Shown here: positions 13,206 to 26,585 of the stretch, in pieces
Layout: every line of letters starts with the position of its first letter
Position numbering within the stretch: the first letter of the stretch is position 1
NCBI RefSeq assembly: GCF_009914755.1
Contig: NC_060926.1
DNA length: 64,000 nt
Direction: 5' to 3' (one strand)
Origin: the human T2T-CHM13v2.0 reference genome, Homo sapiens
Translations under genes and position numbers: made by a program
Notes under the pieces: model-generated
Told to the model about the DNA's origin: nothing
The model's database searches: none
Seen by the model: the letters and a program-made list of their open reading frames with translations, nothing else

Positions 13206-15683
13206 CTGTAAAGACACAGATAGACTGAAAGTAAAGGGGTGGTAAAATATATTTCATGCAAACAGAAATTGAAAGTAAATAATAGTAGCTATATTTATAT
13301 AATATAGAACAGACTTTAAATGAAAAACAGTGAAAAAAGAAAGAAAAGGTAATTATATTATGATAAAGGGATCAATTCAGTGAGAGGATATAACAATCCT
13401 AAATATATATGCATCCAATATTAGAGAACACAAATTCACAAAACTAATATTACTAGACCTAAAGAAAGAGAAAGACCAGAATACAATAATAGCAGAGGAC
13501 TTTAATACCCCACTCACAGCACTAGAAAGATCATTGAGAGAGAAACTTGACAAAGAAACTTCAATGGGACTTGAATTGGACTTTAGACAGACATTTACAG
13601 AACATTCTACCAAACAACTACAGAATACACATTCTTTTCAACAGTACATGAAACATTCTCCACCATAGGCCTCAAAACAAATCTTGACAATTTTTTAAAT
13701 ATCAAAATCATATCAAGTACCTTCTCAGACCACAGTGGAAGAAAGCTGGAAACCAATACCAAGAGAAACTTTGGAAACTATATAAATACATGGAGATTAA
13801 TAGGCATCCTCCTGAACGATCACAGGGTCAATGAAGAAATTCAGATGGAAATTAAAAATTGTTGGAAACCAATGAAAACAAAAATACAACACATCAAACC
13901 TGAGGGATACAGCAAAAGAAGTGTTAAGAGGGAAGTTTATAGCATTAAAAGCCTGCATGAAAATAAAGTAGAAAAACCACAAATTAACAACTTAATGTTG
14001 CACTTCAAGGAACCAGAGAAACAAGAACAAACCAAACCCAAAGTTAGCAGAAGAAAAGAAATAACAAAAATCAGAGCAAAACTAAGTGAAAAAGAGACAG
14101 AAAAAACAATGGAAAGAATCCACAACATGAAAAGTTGGTTCTTTGAAGACACTCAGTTCTTTGAAGAGATAAAGAAAATTGATAAAACACTAGCTAGACT
14201 GACCAAGAGAAAAAGAGAGAAGATGCAAATAAACACAATTGTAAGTGAAAAAGAAGACATTACAATTGATACTACAGAAATATAAAAGATATCAGAGAAT
14301 ATTATATGCAACTATACACTCACAAACTAGAAAATGTAAAGGAAATTTATAAACTCTTGGAAACACACAACCTCCTGAGATTGAACCAGGAAGAAATAGA
14401 ACTCCTAAATAGATCAATAATGAGTAGTGAGATTTAATTAGTAACAAAAAAATCTCCCAGGGGGAAAAAAAAAAAAACCAGGATCAGATAGATTCATAGC
14501 CAAATGCTACCAACATACAAAGAAGAACCAACACCAGTATTCCTGAAATTATTCCATAAAATCAAGAAGGAAGGAATTCTTCCTAACTCATTCTGCAAAG
14601 CCAGTACTACTCTGATACGGAAACAAGACAAGGACACAACAAATAAAGAAAACTACAGACCAATATCTCTAATGAGCATAGATGCAAAACTTCCCAACAA
14701 AACACTAGTGAATCAAATCCAACAGCACATCAGAAAGATAATGCACTATGATTAGGTAGGACTTACCCCAGGGATCCAAAGATGTTTCAACATACACAAA
14801 TCAATAAATGTGATACATCACATAAATAGAATTAAGGACAAAAATCACATGATCATCTCAATAGATGCAGAAAAAGGACTTTATAAAATATAACATGGCT
14901 TCATGATTAAAATCCTCAACAAACCAGGCATTGAAGGAACGTAACTCAACATAATAAAGGCCACATACAACAAACCCACAACAAACATCATATGGAATAG
15001 GTAAAAGTTGAAAGCGTTTCCTCTAAGAACTGGACGAGACAAGGATGCTCACTTTCACCACTCTCATTCAACATAGTACTGAAAGTCCTTGCTGGAGCAA
15101 TCAAACAAGATAAAGAAAAAAAGGCATTCAAATTGTAAAGGAGGAAGTCATATTATCCCTGTTTGCTCACAATATGATATCTAGAAAACCTTAAAGACTC
15201 CACCAAGAAACTCTTAGATTTCATAAGTGAATTCAGTAAAGTTTCAGGATACAAAATTAACATGCAGAAAGCAGTTGCATTTTCTACACCAATAATGATG
15301 TAGCCGGGAACCAAATCAAGAAGACAATCTCATTTACAATAGCTAAAAAAATAAAATAAAATGCCTGGAACATATTTAACCAGGGAGATGAAAGATCTCT
15401 ATAAGGAGAACTACAAAATCATAGATGACACACAAAAAAATGGTAAAACTTCTCATGCTCATGGATTGGAAGAATCAATACTGTTAAAATGACTGTACTG
15501 CCCAAAACAATTTACAAATTCAATGCACTCCCTATCAAATTACCAATATCATTTTTCACAGAATTAGAAAAGACAATCCTAAAATTCATATGGAATCAAA
15601 ATAAAGAGTGCACATAACCAAAGTAATCTTAAGCCAAAAAACAAAACTGAAAGCATCACATTATCTGACTTCAGATTATATTA

Positions 15684-15728
15684 TTAGGGTGGTGCAAAAG
15701 TAGCTGCGGTTTTTGCCATTACTTTCAA
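15684..15728 (+). mobile_element. half MADE1 / Hsmar1 solo TIR (left half)
   Basis: TA-TTAGGGTGGTGCAAAAGTAGCTGCGGTTTTTGCCATTACTTTCAA. Confidence 0.9.
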
Positions 15729-16009
15729 GGCTATAGTAACCAAAACAGCATGGTACTGGTATAAAAATAGACACATAGATCAATGGAACACAACAGAGAA
15801 TCCAGAAATAAAGCCACATACCTACAACCAACTCTGACAAAGTCACAAAAATATACACTGAGGAAATGACACTCTATTCAATAAATGGTACAGAGAAAAT
15901 TAGATAGCCATATGCAGAAGAATGAAACTGGACCCATGCCTCTCATTATATACAAAAGTTAACTCAGGATGGATTAAAAACATAAACGTAAGGCCTGAAA
16001 CTATTTTTA

Positions 16010-17012
16010 TTTTTATTATACTTTAAGTTCTAGGATACATGTGCACAACATGCAGGTTTGTTACTTATGTATACATGTGCCATGTTGGTGTGCTGCACCC
16101 ATTAACTCGTCATTTACATTAGGTATGTCTCCTAATGCTATCCCCTCCCCCCTCCCCCCACCCCACGACAGGCCCTGGCGTGTGATGTTCCCCTTCCTGT
16201 GTCCAAGTGTTCTCATTGTTCAATTCCCACCGATGAGTGAGAACATGCGGTGTTTGGTTTTTTTGTCCTTGTGATAGTTTGCTGAGAATGATGGTTTCCA
16301 GTTTGGTCCATGTCCCTACAAAGGACATGAACTCATCCTTTTTTATGGCTGCATAGTATTCCATAGTGTATATATGCCACATTTTCTTATTCCAGCCTAT
16401 CATTGATGGACATTTGGGTTAATGGGATCTAATTAAACTAAAGATCTTCTGCACAGCAAAAGAAACTACCATCAGAGTGAACAGGCAACCTACAGAATGG
16501 GAGAAAATTTTTGCAATCTATTCATTTGACAAAGGCCTAACATCCAGAGTCTACAAAGAACTCAAACAAACTTATAAGAAAAACAAACAACCCCATCAAA
16601 AAGTGGGCGAAGGATATGAACAGACACTTCTCAAAAGAAGACATTTATGCAGCCAACAGACACATGAAAAAATGCTCATCATCACTGGCCATCAGAGAAA
16701 TGCAAATCAAAACCACAATGAGATACCATCTCACACCAGTTAGAATGGAGATCATTGAAAAGTCAGGAAACAACAGGTGCTGGAGAGGATGTGGAGAAAT
16801 AGGAGCACTTTTACACTGTTGGTGGGAATGTAAACTAGTTCAACCATTGTGGAAAACAATGTGGCGATTCCTCAAGGATCTAGAACTACAAATAGCATTT
16901 GACCCAGCCATCCCATTACTGGGTATATACCCAAGGGATTATAAATCATGCTGCTATAAAGACACATGCACACGTATGTTTATTGCGGCATTATTCACAA
17001 TAGCAAAGACTT
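16010..17012 (-). mobile_element. L1PA (about PA4-6) twin-primed, 5'-inverted insertion
   Basis: Antisense 3'UTR 16010-16420, sense ORF2 16421-17014; TSD GGCCTGAAACTATTTTTA at 15992-16009 and 17013-17030. Confidence 0.95.
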
Positions 17013-17014
17013 GG
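16616..17014 (+). pseudogene. L1 ORF2p C-terminal remnant
   Basis: [24 protein letters not shown]...[18 protein letters not shown] cysteine-rich motif; truncated and non-autonomous. Confidence 0.9.
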
Positions 17015-17766
17015 CCTGAAACTATTTTTAAAAAAATACTAGAAGAAACCTTAGGAAAATCTTTTCTGCACATTGGTCTAGCCAAAGAATTTATGACCAA
17101 GCCCTCAATAGCAAATGCAATAAAAACGAAGATAAACAAATGAGACTTAATTAAACTAAAAAGCTTCTGCACAGCAAAAGAAACAATCAACAGAGTAAAC
17201 AGATAATCTACAGAATGGGAAAAAATATTTGCAAACTATGCATCTGGCAAAGGGCTGGTATCCAAAATCTACAAGAAACTCAAACAACTTAGCAAGATAA
17301 AATCAACCCCATTATAAGTGGGCAAAGGACATGAACAGCCATTTTTCAAAAGAAAACATACAAGTGGCTAAGAAACATAAAAATTACTCAACATCACTAA
17401 TCATCAGAAAAAAATCAAATTAAAATCACAATAAAATACCATCTTACAACAGTCAGAATCACTATTATTTAGAAAATCTAAAAATAACAGATGTTAGTGA
17501 GGATGCAGAGCAAAGTGAATGCTTATACACTGTTGGTAGGAATGTAAATTGGTACAAACTTTATGGAAAACAATATGACGACTTTTCAAAGAACTAAAAA
17601 TAGAACTGCCATTTGATCCAGCAATCCCACTACTGAATATATATCCAAAAGGAAAGAAATCATTGTATGAAAAAGATACCTACATTCAAATGTTTATGGC
17701 AGCACTATTCACAATAGCAAAGATGTGTAATCAACTTAAGTGTCCATCAATGGAGGACTGGATAAG

Positions 17767-17770
<4 letters not shown>

Positions 17771-17824
<54 letters not shown>

Positions 17825-17860
17825 TATATGTACTTTTTTATGGCTAAGTAGTATTTCATC

Positions 17861-17903
<43 letters not shown>

Positions 17904-18000
17904 TTTTTTCTTATCCAATCCTGCATTGATATGGTATGTGTTTATACAGTATGTATATATATGTATGCATTTATACATTGATATATATATACACACACAT
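17771..18000. repeat. (TA)n/(CA)n tracts enclosing an inverted copy of their own flanks
   Basis: (TA)n at 17771-17812 and 17864-17900; segment 17833-17930 is the reverse complement of both flanks. Confidence 0.9.
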
Positions 18001-18079
18001 ACCATGAAATACTACTCAGTCATAAAAAAAGAATGAAATCATGTTATGTACAGTAACATGGATGGAACTGGAGGCCAAT

Positions 18080-18125
18080 ATTACTTGTAATGGCAAAAAC
18101 CACAATTACTCTTGCACCAACCTAG
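18080..18125 (-). mobile_element. half MADE1 / Hsmar1 solo TIR (right half)
   Basis: ATTACTTGTAATGGCAAAAACCACAATTACTCTTGCACCAACCTAG-TA. Confidence 0.9.
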
Positions 18126-18444
18126 TATTAATAGCTCAGAAACAGATAAATTCTGCTTGTTCTCATTTATAAGCAAAAGCTATAAAACATGGGTACACAT
18201 GGACATATAGAGTGAAATAATAGACACTGGATGCTACAAAAGTGGAGGGGTGAGAGGGTGCAAGGGTTGAATAATTACCTGTTGGGTACAATGTTCCCTA
18301 CTTGGGTGATGGGTTCACCAAAAGCTCGGACTTCACCATGACACAGTATATGCGTTAAGAAATCTATACTTGTACCTCTCACCATATAAAAATTTAAAAA
18401 TGTATATATTTTCTATAAACATTTTAAATGTATTTATATAATAT

Positions 18445-20085
<1,641 letters not shown>

Positions 20086-20428
20086 ATGGAGCGTATGGTA
20101 ACAGAGAGTAGAAAGGTGCTTACCAAGGCTGGAGCAAATGGGAAGATGTAGGTCAAAAACTACAAAGATGCAGTTATCTTGAGAAACTAAGTCTGGAGAT
20201 ACAATGTACAGTATGAGGACTACAGTTAATAAAATTACAGTGTATACTGGAAATTTGCTAAGAAAGTAGATTTTATATACTCTTACCATACACACACACA
20301 CACACACACAGAATGAGATGATGAATATGTTAAGATAATTGACTATAATAATCACTTTACTATTTATATATGTATCAAAACATGTTGTATACCTTAAATC
20401 CACACAATAAAAATACAGAGGAAAAGAA
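20086..20428 (+). mobile_element. L1MA-type 3'UTR with (CA)n
   Basis: ACAGAGAGTAGAAAGGTGCTTACC...GAAATTTGCTAAGAAAGTAGATTTT...ACAATAAAAATAC. Confidence 0.75.
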
Positions 20429-21535
20429 TACAACTCAATGTTTATCAGTATAGTCATAGGGTTTTGCAACCATCACTAATGTTTAATTTTAGAACGTTGT
20501 CATCTCTTCACAAAGAAATCTCTGCACCTCTTAGCAGTCATTCCTCATTCCTTCCCCCAAACTTTCTCCAGCCACTGGCACCATCAAGCTACTGTCTGTT
20601 TTCATAATTTGCCTGTTCCTGACATTGCATATCAATGCTTTTACACAATATGTGTCCTTTTATGACTGGCTTTTCCCCTCAGCATAAAGCTTTGAAGGTT
20701 CATCCATGTTGCAGCAAGCATCAGTACTACATTCCTTTCCATCATCAAATGATATTCCATTGCAAAATGTACCTTATTTGTTCATCCACTCATCAATGAG
20801 CATTAAGGTTGTTTTCACATTTTGGCTACTATGAATACTACTTCTATGAACCATCTTGTACTAGTTTTTGTGTGGACATATGTTTGCAGTTTTCTTGGGT
20901 GTGCACCTAGGAGTAGAATTACTAAGTCATCTGGTAACTTTAACATTTTGAGGAAATGCCAAACTATATTCAAAAGTGGCTGCACAATTTTACATACCAC
21001 CAGCACTTCATGAGGGCTCCACCTTCTCCACATCCTTGTCAACACTTGTTATTGCCTATCTTTTTGTCCTAGCCATCTTAGCAAGTGTGAAGTGGTAATT
21101 CACTGTGCTTTCGATTTGTATTTTCCTGATTATGAATGATATTGAGCACCTTTCATGTGTTCATTGGCCATTGTATATCTTCTTTGGAAAAAAAGTCTGT
21201 TCAATTCTCTGCCTTTTTTTTTAGTTTCTTGTCTTTTTATTATTGAGTTTTAAAAGTTCTTTATATAATCTGAATAAAAGCCTCTTATCAGATATATGAT
21301 TTGCAAATAGATTCTTCCATTCTCTGAGTGGTCTTTCTTCTGTCTTGATGAAATCACTTTTAGCACAAATTTTTGGTTTCATTTTAGTGTCAACAAATGT
21401 ATTTATATTTTTCTTTTGTTGCTTGTTTTATAGTTTTTGGTATATAATTCATGCCCTACTTTTGTTAAACTTATGCTTGAGTATTTTATTCTTTATGACA
21501 TTATGGAAGTGTGTTTTTAATTTTAATTCCAAAAC
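20429..21535 (-). mobile_element. L1MB-type fragment
   Basis: Antisense 3'UTR and ORF2 end (GAGGAAATGCCAAACT...AAGTGGCTGCACAATTTTACAT); donor of the 22237-22606 insert. Confidence 0.85.
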
Positions 21536-21540
21536 GTTGA

Positions 21541-22009
21541 CTGTTATTGCAAAAATATGGAACCAGCCCAAATGCCCATCAATGAGTGGATAAAGAAAAC
21601 GTGGTATATATACATATACACACACACATATACATACCATGGAATACTACTCAACCACAAAAAGGAATGAAATAATGGTATTTGCAGCAACCTGGATGAG
21701 ACTGGAGACTATTATTCAAAGTGAAGTAACTCAAGAATGGAAAACCAAGCATTATATGTTCTCACTCACATGTGGGAGCTGAGCTAGGAGGACACAAAGG
21801 CATAAGAATGATACACTGGACTTTGGGGACTCAGAGGAAAGGGTAGGAGGTGGCAAGGGATAAAAGTCTACACATTAGGTACAGGGTATACTGCTGGCGT
21901 GATGGGTGCACCAAAATCTCAGAAATCACCACTAAAGAACTTATTCATGTAACCAAACACCACCTGTTCCCTCAAAACCAATTTAAATAAAATTTTTTTA
22001 AAAAACTTT
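21541..22009 (+). mobile_element. L1PB1-like 3' end
   Basis: CACCAAAATCTCAGAAATCACCACTAAAGAACTTATTCATGTAACCAAACACCACCTGTTCCC; AAACGTTGA on both sides. Confidence 0.85.
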
Positions 22010-22054
22010 AAACGTTGATTGCTAGAGTATAAAAATAGAATTGATTTTGTTGAC

Positions 22055-24008
22055 TTTCTTTTTTAACTTTTAAGTTCAGGGGAACATGTGCAGGATGTGC
22101 AGTTTTGTTACATAGGTAAACATGTGTCAAGGGAGTTTGTTTTACAGATTATTTCATCACCCAGGTATTAAGCCTAGTATCCACTAGTTACTTTTTCTGA
22201 TCCTCTCCCTTCTCCCACCTTCCACCCTCTGACAGGGTGCTCAGAGATTTGAATAGACATTTATCCAAAGAAGATATACAATGACTAATGAACATATGAA
22301 AAGTGCTCAACATCATTAATAATTAGGAAAATACAAATCAAAACCGCAATGAAATACACTTCACACTTGCTAAAATGGCTATGACAAAAAAGACAGGCAA
22401 TAACAAATGTTAGCAAGGATGTGGAGAAGGTGAAGCCCTCATGCAGTGCTGGTGGTAACGTAAAATTATGCAGCCACTTTGAAACGTAGTTTGGCATTTC
22501 CTCAAAATGTTAAAGTTACCAGATGACTTAGTAATTCTACTCCTAGGTGTACACCCAAGAAAAATACAAACATATATCCACACAAAAGCTAGTAAGAGAC
22601 TGTTCACCCCAGTGTGTGTTGTTGCCCTCTATGTGTCCATGTGCTCTCATCATTTAGCTGCCACTTCTAAGTGAGGACATGCAGTATTTGGCTTTCTGTT
22701 CCTGCGTTAGTTTGCTAAAGTTAATGGTCTCCAGCTCCAAACATGTCCCTACAAAAAACACGGTCTCATTCTTTTTTATGGCTGCATAGTATTCCATCAT
22801 GTGTATGCACCACACTTTCTTTATTCAGTCTATCATTGATGGACATTTAAGTTGATTTTATGTATTTGCTATTGTGAATGGTTCTAAAATGAACATAGGC
22901 ATGCATGTGTCTTTATAACAGAAAGATTTATATTCCTTTGGGTATATACCCAGTAATGGGATTGCTGGGTCGAATGGTATTTCTGTCTTTCATTCTTTGA
23001 GGAATTTCCATGCTGTCTTCCACGATGGCTGAACTAATTTACACTCCCATCAAGAGTGTATAAGCATTCCTTTTCCTCCACAACCTAGCTAGCATCTGTT
23101 ATTTTTTGTCTTTTTAATAGTAGTCATTCTGACTGATGTGAGATGGTATCTCATTGTGGTTCTGGTTGGCATTTCTCTAATAATTAGTGATGTTGAGCTT
23201 TCTTCGTATGATTTTTGGCCAAGTGTGTGTCTTCTTTTGAGAAGTGTCTGTTCATGTTCTTTGCCCACTTTTTAATGGTTTTGTTTTTTTCTTGTAAATT
23301 TCTTTTATGTTTCTTATAGATGTTAGATATTAGACCTTTGTCAGAAGCATAGTTTGAAAACATTTTCTCCCACTCTGTAGGTTGTCTATTTATTCTGTTG
23401 ATAGTTTCTTTTGCTATGCAGAAGCTCTTTAGTTTAATTAGATCCCATTTGTCAACTTTTGCTTTCGTTGAAATTGCTTTTGGCATCTTCGTCATGAAAT
23501 CTTTTCCCATGCCTATGTCCTGAATGGTATTGCCTAGGTTGTCTTCCAGGCTTTTTATAGTTTTGGGTTTTACATTTAAGTCTTTAATCCATCTTGAGAA
23601 TTTTTGTATATGGCATAAGGAAGGGGTCCAGTTTCAATTTTCTGCATATGGCTAGCCAGTTATCTCAACACCATTTATTGAATAGAGAGTCCTTTCCTCA
23701 TTGCTTGTGTTTGTCAGGTTTGTCAAAGATCAAATAGTTGTAGATGTGCAATCTTATTTCTGGGTTCTCTATTCTGTTCCATTCATCTATGTGTCTACTT
23801 TTGTACTAGTACCATGCTGTTTTGGCTACTGTAGTCTTGTAGTATAGTTTGAAGTTGGGTAGTGTGATGTCTCTAGCTTTGTTCTTTTGTGTAGGATTGC
23901 TTTGGTTATTTTGGCTCCTTTTCGGTTCTATATAAATTTTTAAATAGTTTTCTCTAGTTCTGTGAAGAATATCAATGGTAGTTTCATAGAAATAGCACTG
24001 AATCTATG
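22055..24008 (-). mobile_element. L1PA (about PA11-13) 3' part, interrupted at 22237-22606
   Basis: TTTTAAGTTCAGGGGAACATGTGCAGGATGTGCAG 3' end; ORF 23184..23510 is ORF2p ([31 protein letters not shown]). Confidence 0.9.
22237..22606 (+). other. inverted templated copy of 20847-21211
   Basis: Reverse complement of the adjacent L1MB with a 63-bp perfect block (22487-22549 vs 20904-20966); no poly-A or TSD. Confidence 0.85.
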
Positions 24009-24009
24009 G

Positions 24010-24362
24010 TTTAATTAATTTTCTTTATGGGTTTTCTACTCTCCATTTTATTTATTAACTCTCTAATCTTTATTATTCCTCTCTATTTGCTTTTAGTTTA
24101 GTTTGCTCTTCTTTTTTTAGTGTCCTAATGTGAAAATTAGGTTGTTGATATGAGATCTTTCTCATATCAATAACATAGATATTTACAGGTATAAATTTTC
24201 CTCTAAGCACTGCTTTCGCTGCATCTCATAAGTTTTGGTATGTTGTGTTTTTATTTTTGCCTATCTCAAGATATTTTCTAATTTCTCTTTTGATGTATTC
24301 CCTGATCCATTGATTATTTACATGTATGTTATGTAATTTCCACATATTTGTAAGTTTTCATA
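24010..24362 (-). mobile_element. old L1M ORF2 fragment
   Basis: TATAAATTTTCCTCTAAGCACTGCTTTCGCTGCATCTCATAAGTTTTGGTATGTTGTG. Confidence 0.75.
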
Positions 24363-24364
24363 AT

Positions 24365-24672
24365 TTCCATCCATGTTGCCTCAAAGGACATGATTTCATT
24401 CTTTTTCATGGCTGTGTGGTATTCCATGGTGTATATGTACCATATTTTCTTTATCCAGCCTGTCATTGATGGGCATTTAGGTTGATTCCATGTCTTTGCT
24501 ATCATGAATAGTGCTGCAATGAACACTTCTATGCATGTGTCTCTATGAATGAACTCTTTATATTTTGGGGGGTATATATCCAGTAATGGGATTGCTGGGT
24601 TGAATGGTATTTCCATGTTTAGGTCTTTGGGGAATCACCACACTGTCTTATACAATGATTGGACTAATTTTC
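24365..24672 (-). mobile_element. internal L1PA fragment lacking its 3' end
   Basis: ORF 24329..24616 (IPFNPAIPLLDIYP...WNQPKCPS); stops before the G-rich tract and poly-A. Confidence 0.8.
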
Positions 24673-26281
24673 ATTTGGTTCTTTTTATTGGAAGTTGAGA
24701 ATCCAGAAAGTAGGGAAATCTCATGCTGATTTCCGCTTTTTTTCTGTCTTCTAAGATCAAATTTATTTAAGACTTTGGATACACCTCCTGCCAGATCCAT
24801 CTCCATTTTCATTTACTGATTAAACAGAAAGGAAGGGAGGGAGGAGAGAACAAAAGTAAAAGAAAAGTGAGGCCAGGGAAGGCAGTAACAGAATGGGAAG
24901 GGGGAGAAGGAAACAGCAGAACCGAGCAGAGCAGGATGCACACAGGCATGACTCCATCCCTGAACCCAACCATGGAGCCTGGGAGAGGCCACAGCCCATG
25001 ACAACCCCAGAGCACAGGGGCTGACCTCAGCATGTGTGGGAAATAGGGACCCAGTCTCCTACTGAACTTCCATTCCCCTAATACTGCCTAGCCCCACCTT
25101 CCTCACGACGTTAAGAATGTTTTCCTGAAGACAGGCCAATCATCAAACCAGTGTCCAAAGTGCTGAGTTGAAGTGAAATAGGTTACTCTGCCATGGAACT
25201 TCTCAAAGTCTTTCGTCCTGATTTATAAGGAGAATAGCAAAGAGGGAGATGCACGTGAAAGTCCTCAATCGACCTGACCATGGAATCCTTGGTCGTGGGA
25301 CATCTCTTGGTGCATGTGTTCTTTGGAACATCTTGGACAACATTGGTCTCTGTTCCATCAATTATTTAGCAGCATGCTCCCCTTGTAATATTCACCATAT
25401 TTTCACAAATTCTAGGACGACTCACTATTATGAGTGCAAGCAGCTAAGACCATTCCTCACACAGCTACATCCCTCACAGCACTGGGCCTGGCCTCACAGC
25501 CCAGGGGCTCAAGAGAGGCTGAGTAACTGAGCACATGAGGAAATTGCACAGCAGGGCCAGGCTATGGTCTTCTCCCAAAAATGCATTCACTCCTCCCACC
25601 CTCAGTGAGGTCACTCTGGTCTTGATGGTGATGCATTCCCTGATGGAGAAGTAGCCAACCAAGACCCTGAGGATGTAAGAAAATCTTCCTCTGCTCAAGA
25701 CCGGGACAATGACTGCACATTGACACTGGAGGCCGTGTTTAGGCCGTCAGGGAAATCTGAACATACGTTCATCCCATTTAACCTTCACATGTCTTCCAGC
25801 ATAGTAAAATATCCCCAAAGTCTGAAACAAAACAGCTGAACAAGAATCACATCACAGCGACATGGTAATTTCACTATGTCAAATTTGACCCTCTTTAGAG
25901 GAAAATGTAAAACAACCTCTCATTAGCCAAATCTGTCACTATTTCCTCAAAGGCAAATTGGTTCAATGTTCATTTGGGTAAGCATCATTCCAATTGCAGG
26001 CTTTCTCCCTACTCAGGCACGTCCTAACATGCCTTGTCACTCACCACGCACTCACATTCCTTTGTGACTCCAAAAATACCCAACACACAACTTTCCAAGA
26101 GAGCAAGGAGCCCTTCTTCATCAGCACTCTACACAGAAAATGAGAGCACCGTGACGGACGCACTTACCAGCCATTATACCTATCTTTCACCTCTTCGTCT
26201 TACCAGCAGTTTCATCAGTGATTGCAGTTTGACCTACTGTGATTTATTCCTCTAGAATCCAACTTTTAAAATCTAATTGCC

Positions 26282-26585
26282 GGCCCGGCTTGGTGGCTCA
26301 CACCTGTAATCCTAGCACTTTGGGAGACCAAGCTGGGCAGATCACCTGAGGTCAGATTTCGAGACCAGCCCGGCCAACATGGCGAAACCCTATCTCTACT
26401 AAAAATACAAAAATTAGCCAGGTGTGGTGGTGCATGCCTGTAATCACAGCTACTCAGGAGACTGAGGCAAGAGAATCGCTTGAACCCGGCAGTGTTGGGG
26501 AAGGGGTTGCAGTGAGCTGAGACTGAGCCTCTGTACTCCAGCCTGGGCGAGAGAGTGAGACTCTGTCTCCAAAAAAAAAAAAAAA
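26282..26585 (+). mobile_element. AluSx-type
   Basis: Full Alu; TSD AAAATCTAATTGCC at 26268-26281 and 26582-26595. Confidence 0.95.

Larger units (their letters stand above)
13206..18400 (+). mobile_element. L1PB3/4-like element, most of ORF2 plus 3'UTR, degenerate
   Basis: Starts in the endonuclease region (CTGTAAAGACACATAGACTGAAAGTAAAGGGG); ORFs 13845..14285 and 14504..14755 ([10 protein letters not shown]) are ORF2p; 3' end GACTTCACCATG...CTTGTACC...ATAAAAATTTAAAAA. Confidence 0.85.

Noticed and set aside
15684-18125. Composite Hsmar1 transposon carrying 2.4 kb of cargo
   Set aside because: The host L1 is colinear inside and outside both TIRs, so the segment did not arrive as a unit.
25255-25420. 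Possible MER20-like DNA transposon
   Set aside because: Similarity too weak to call without an alignment.
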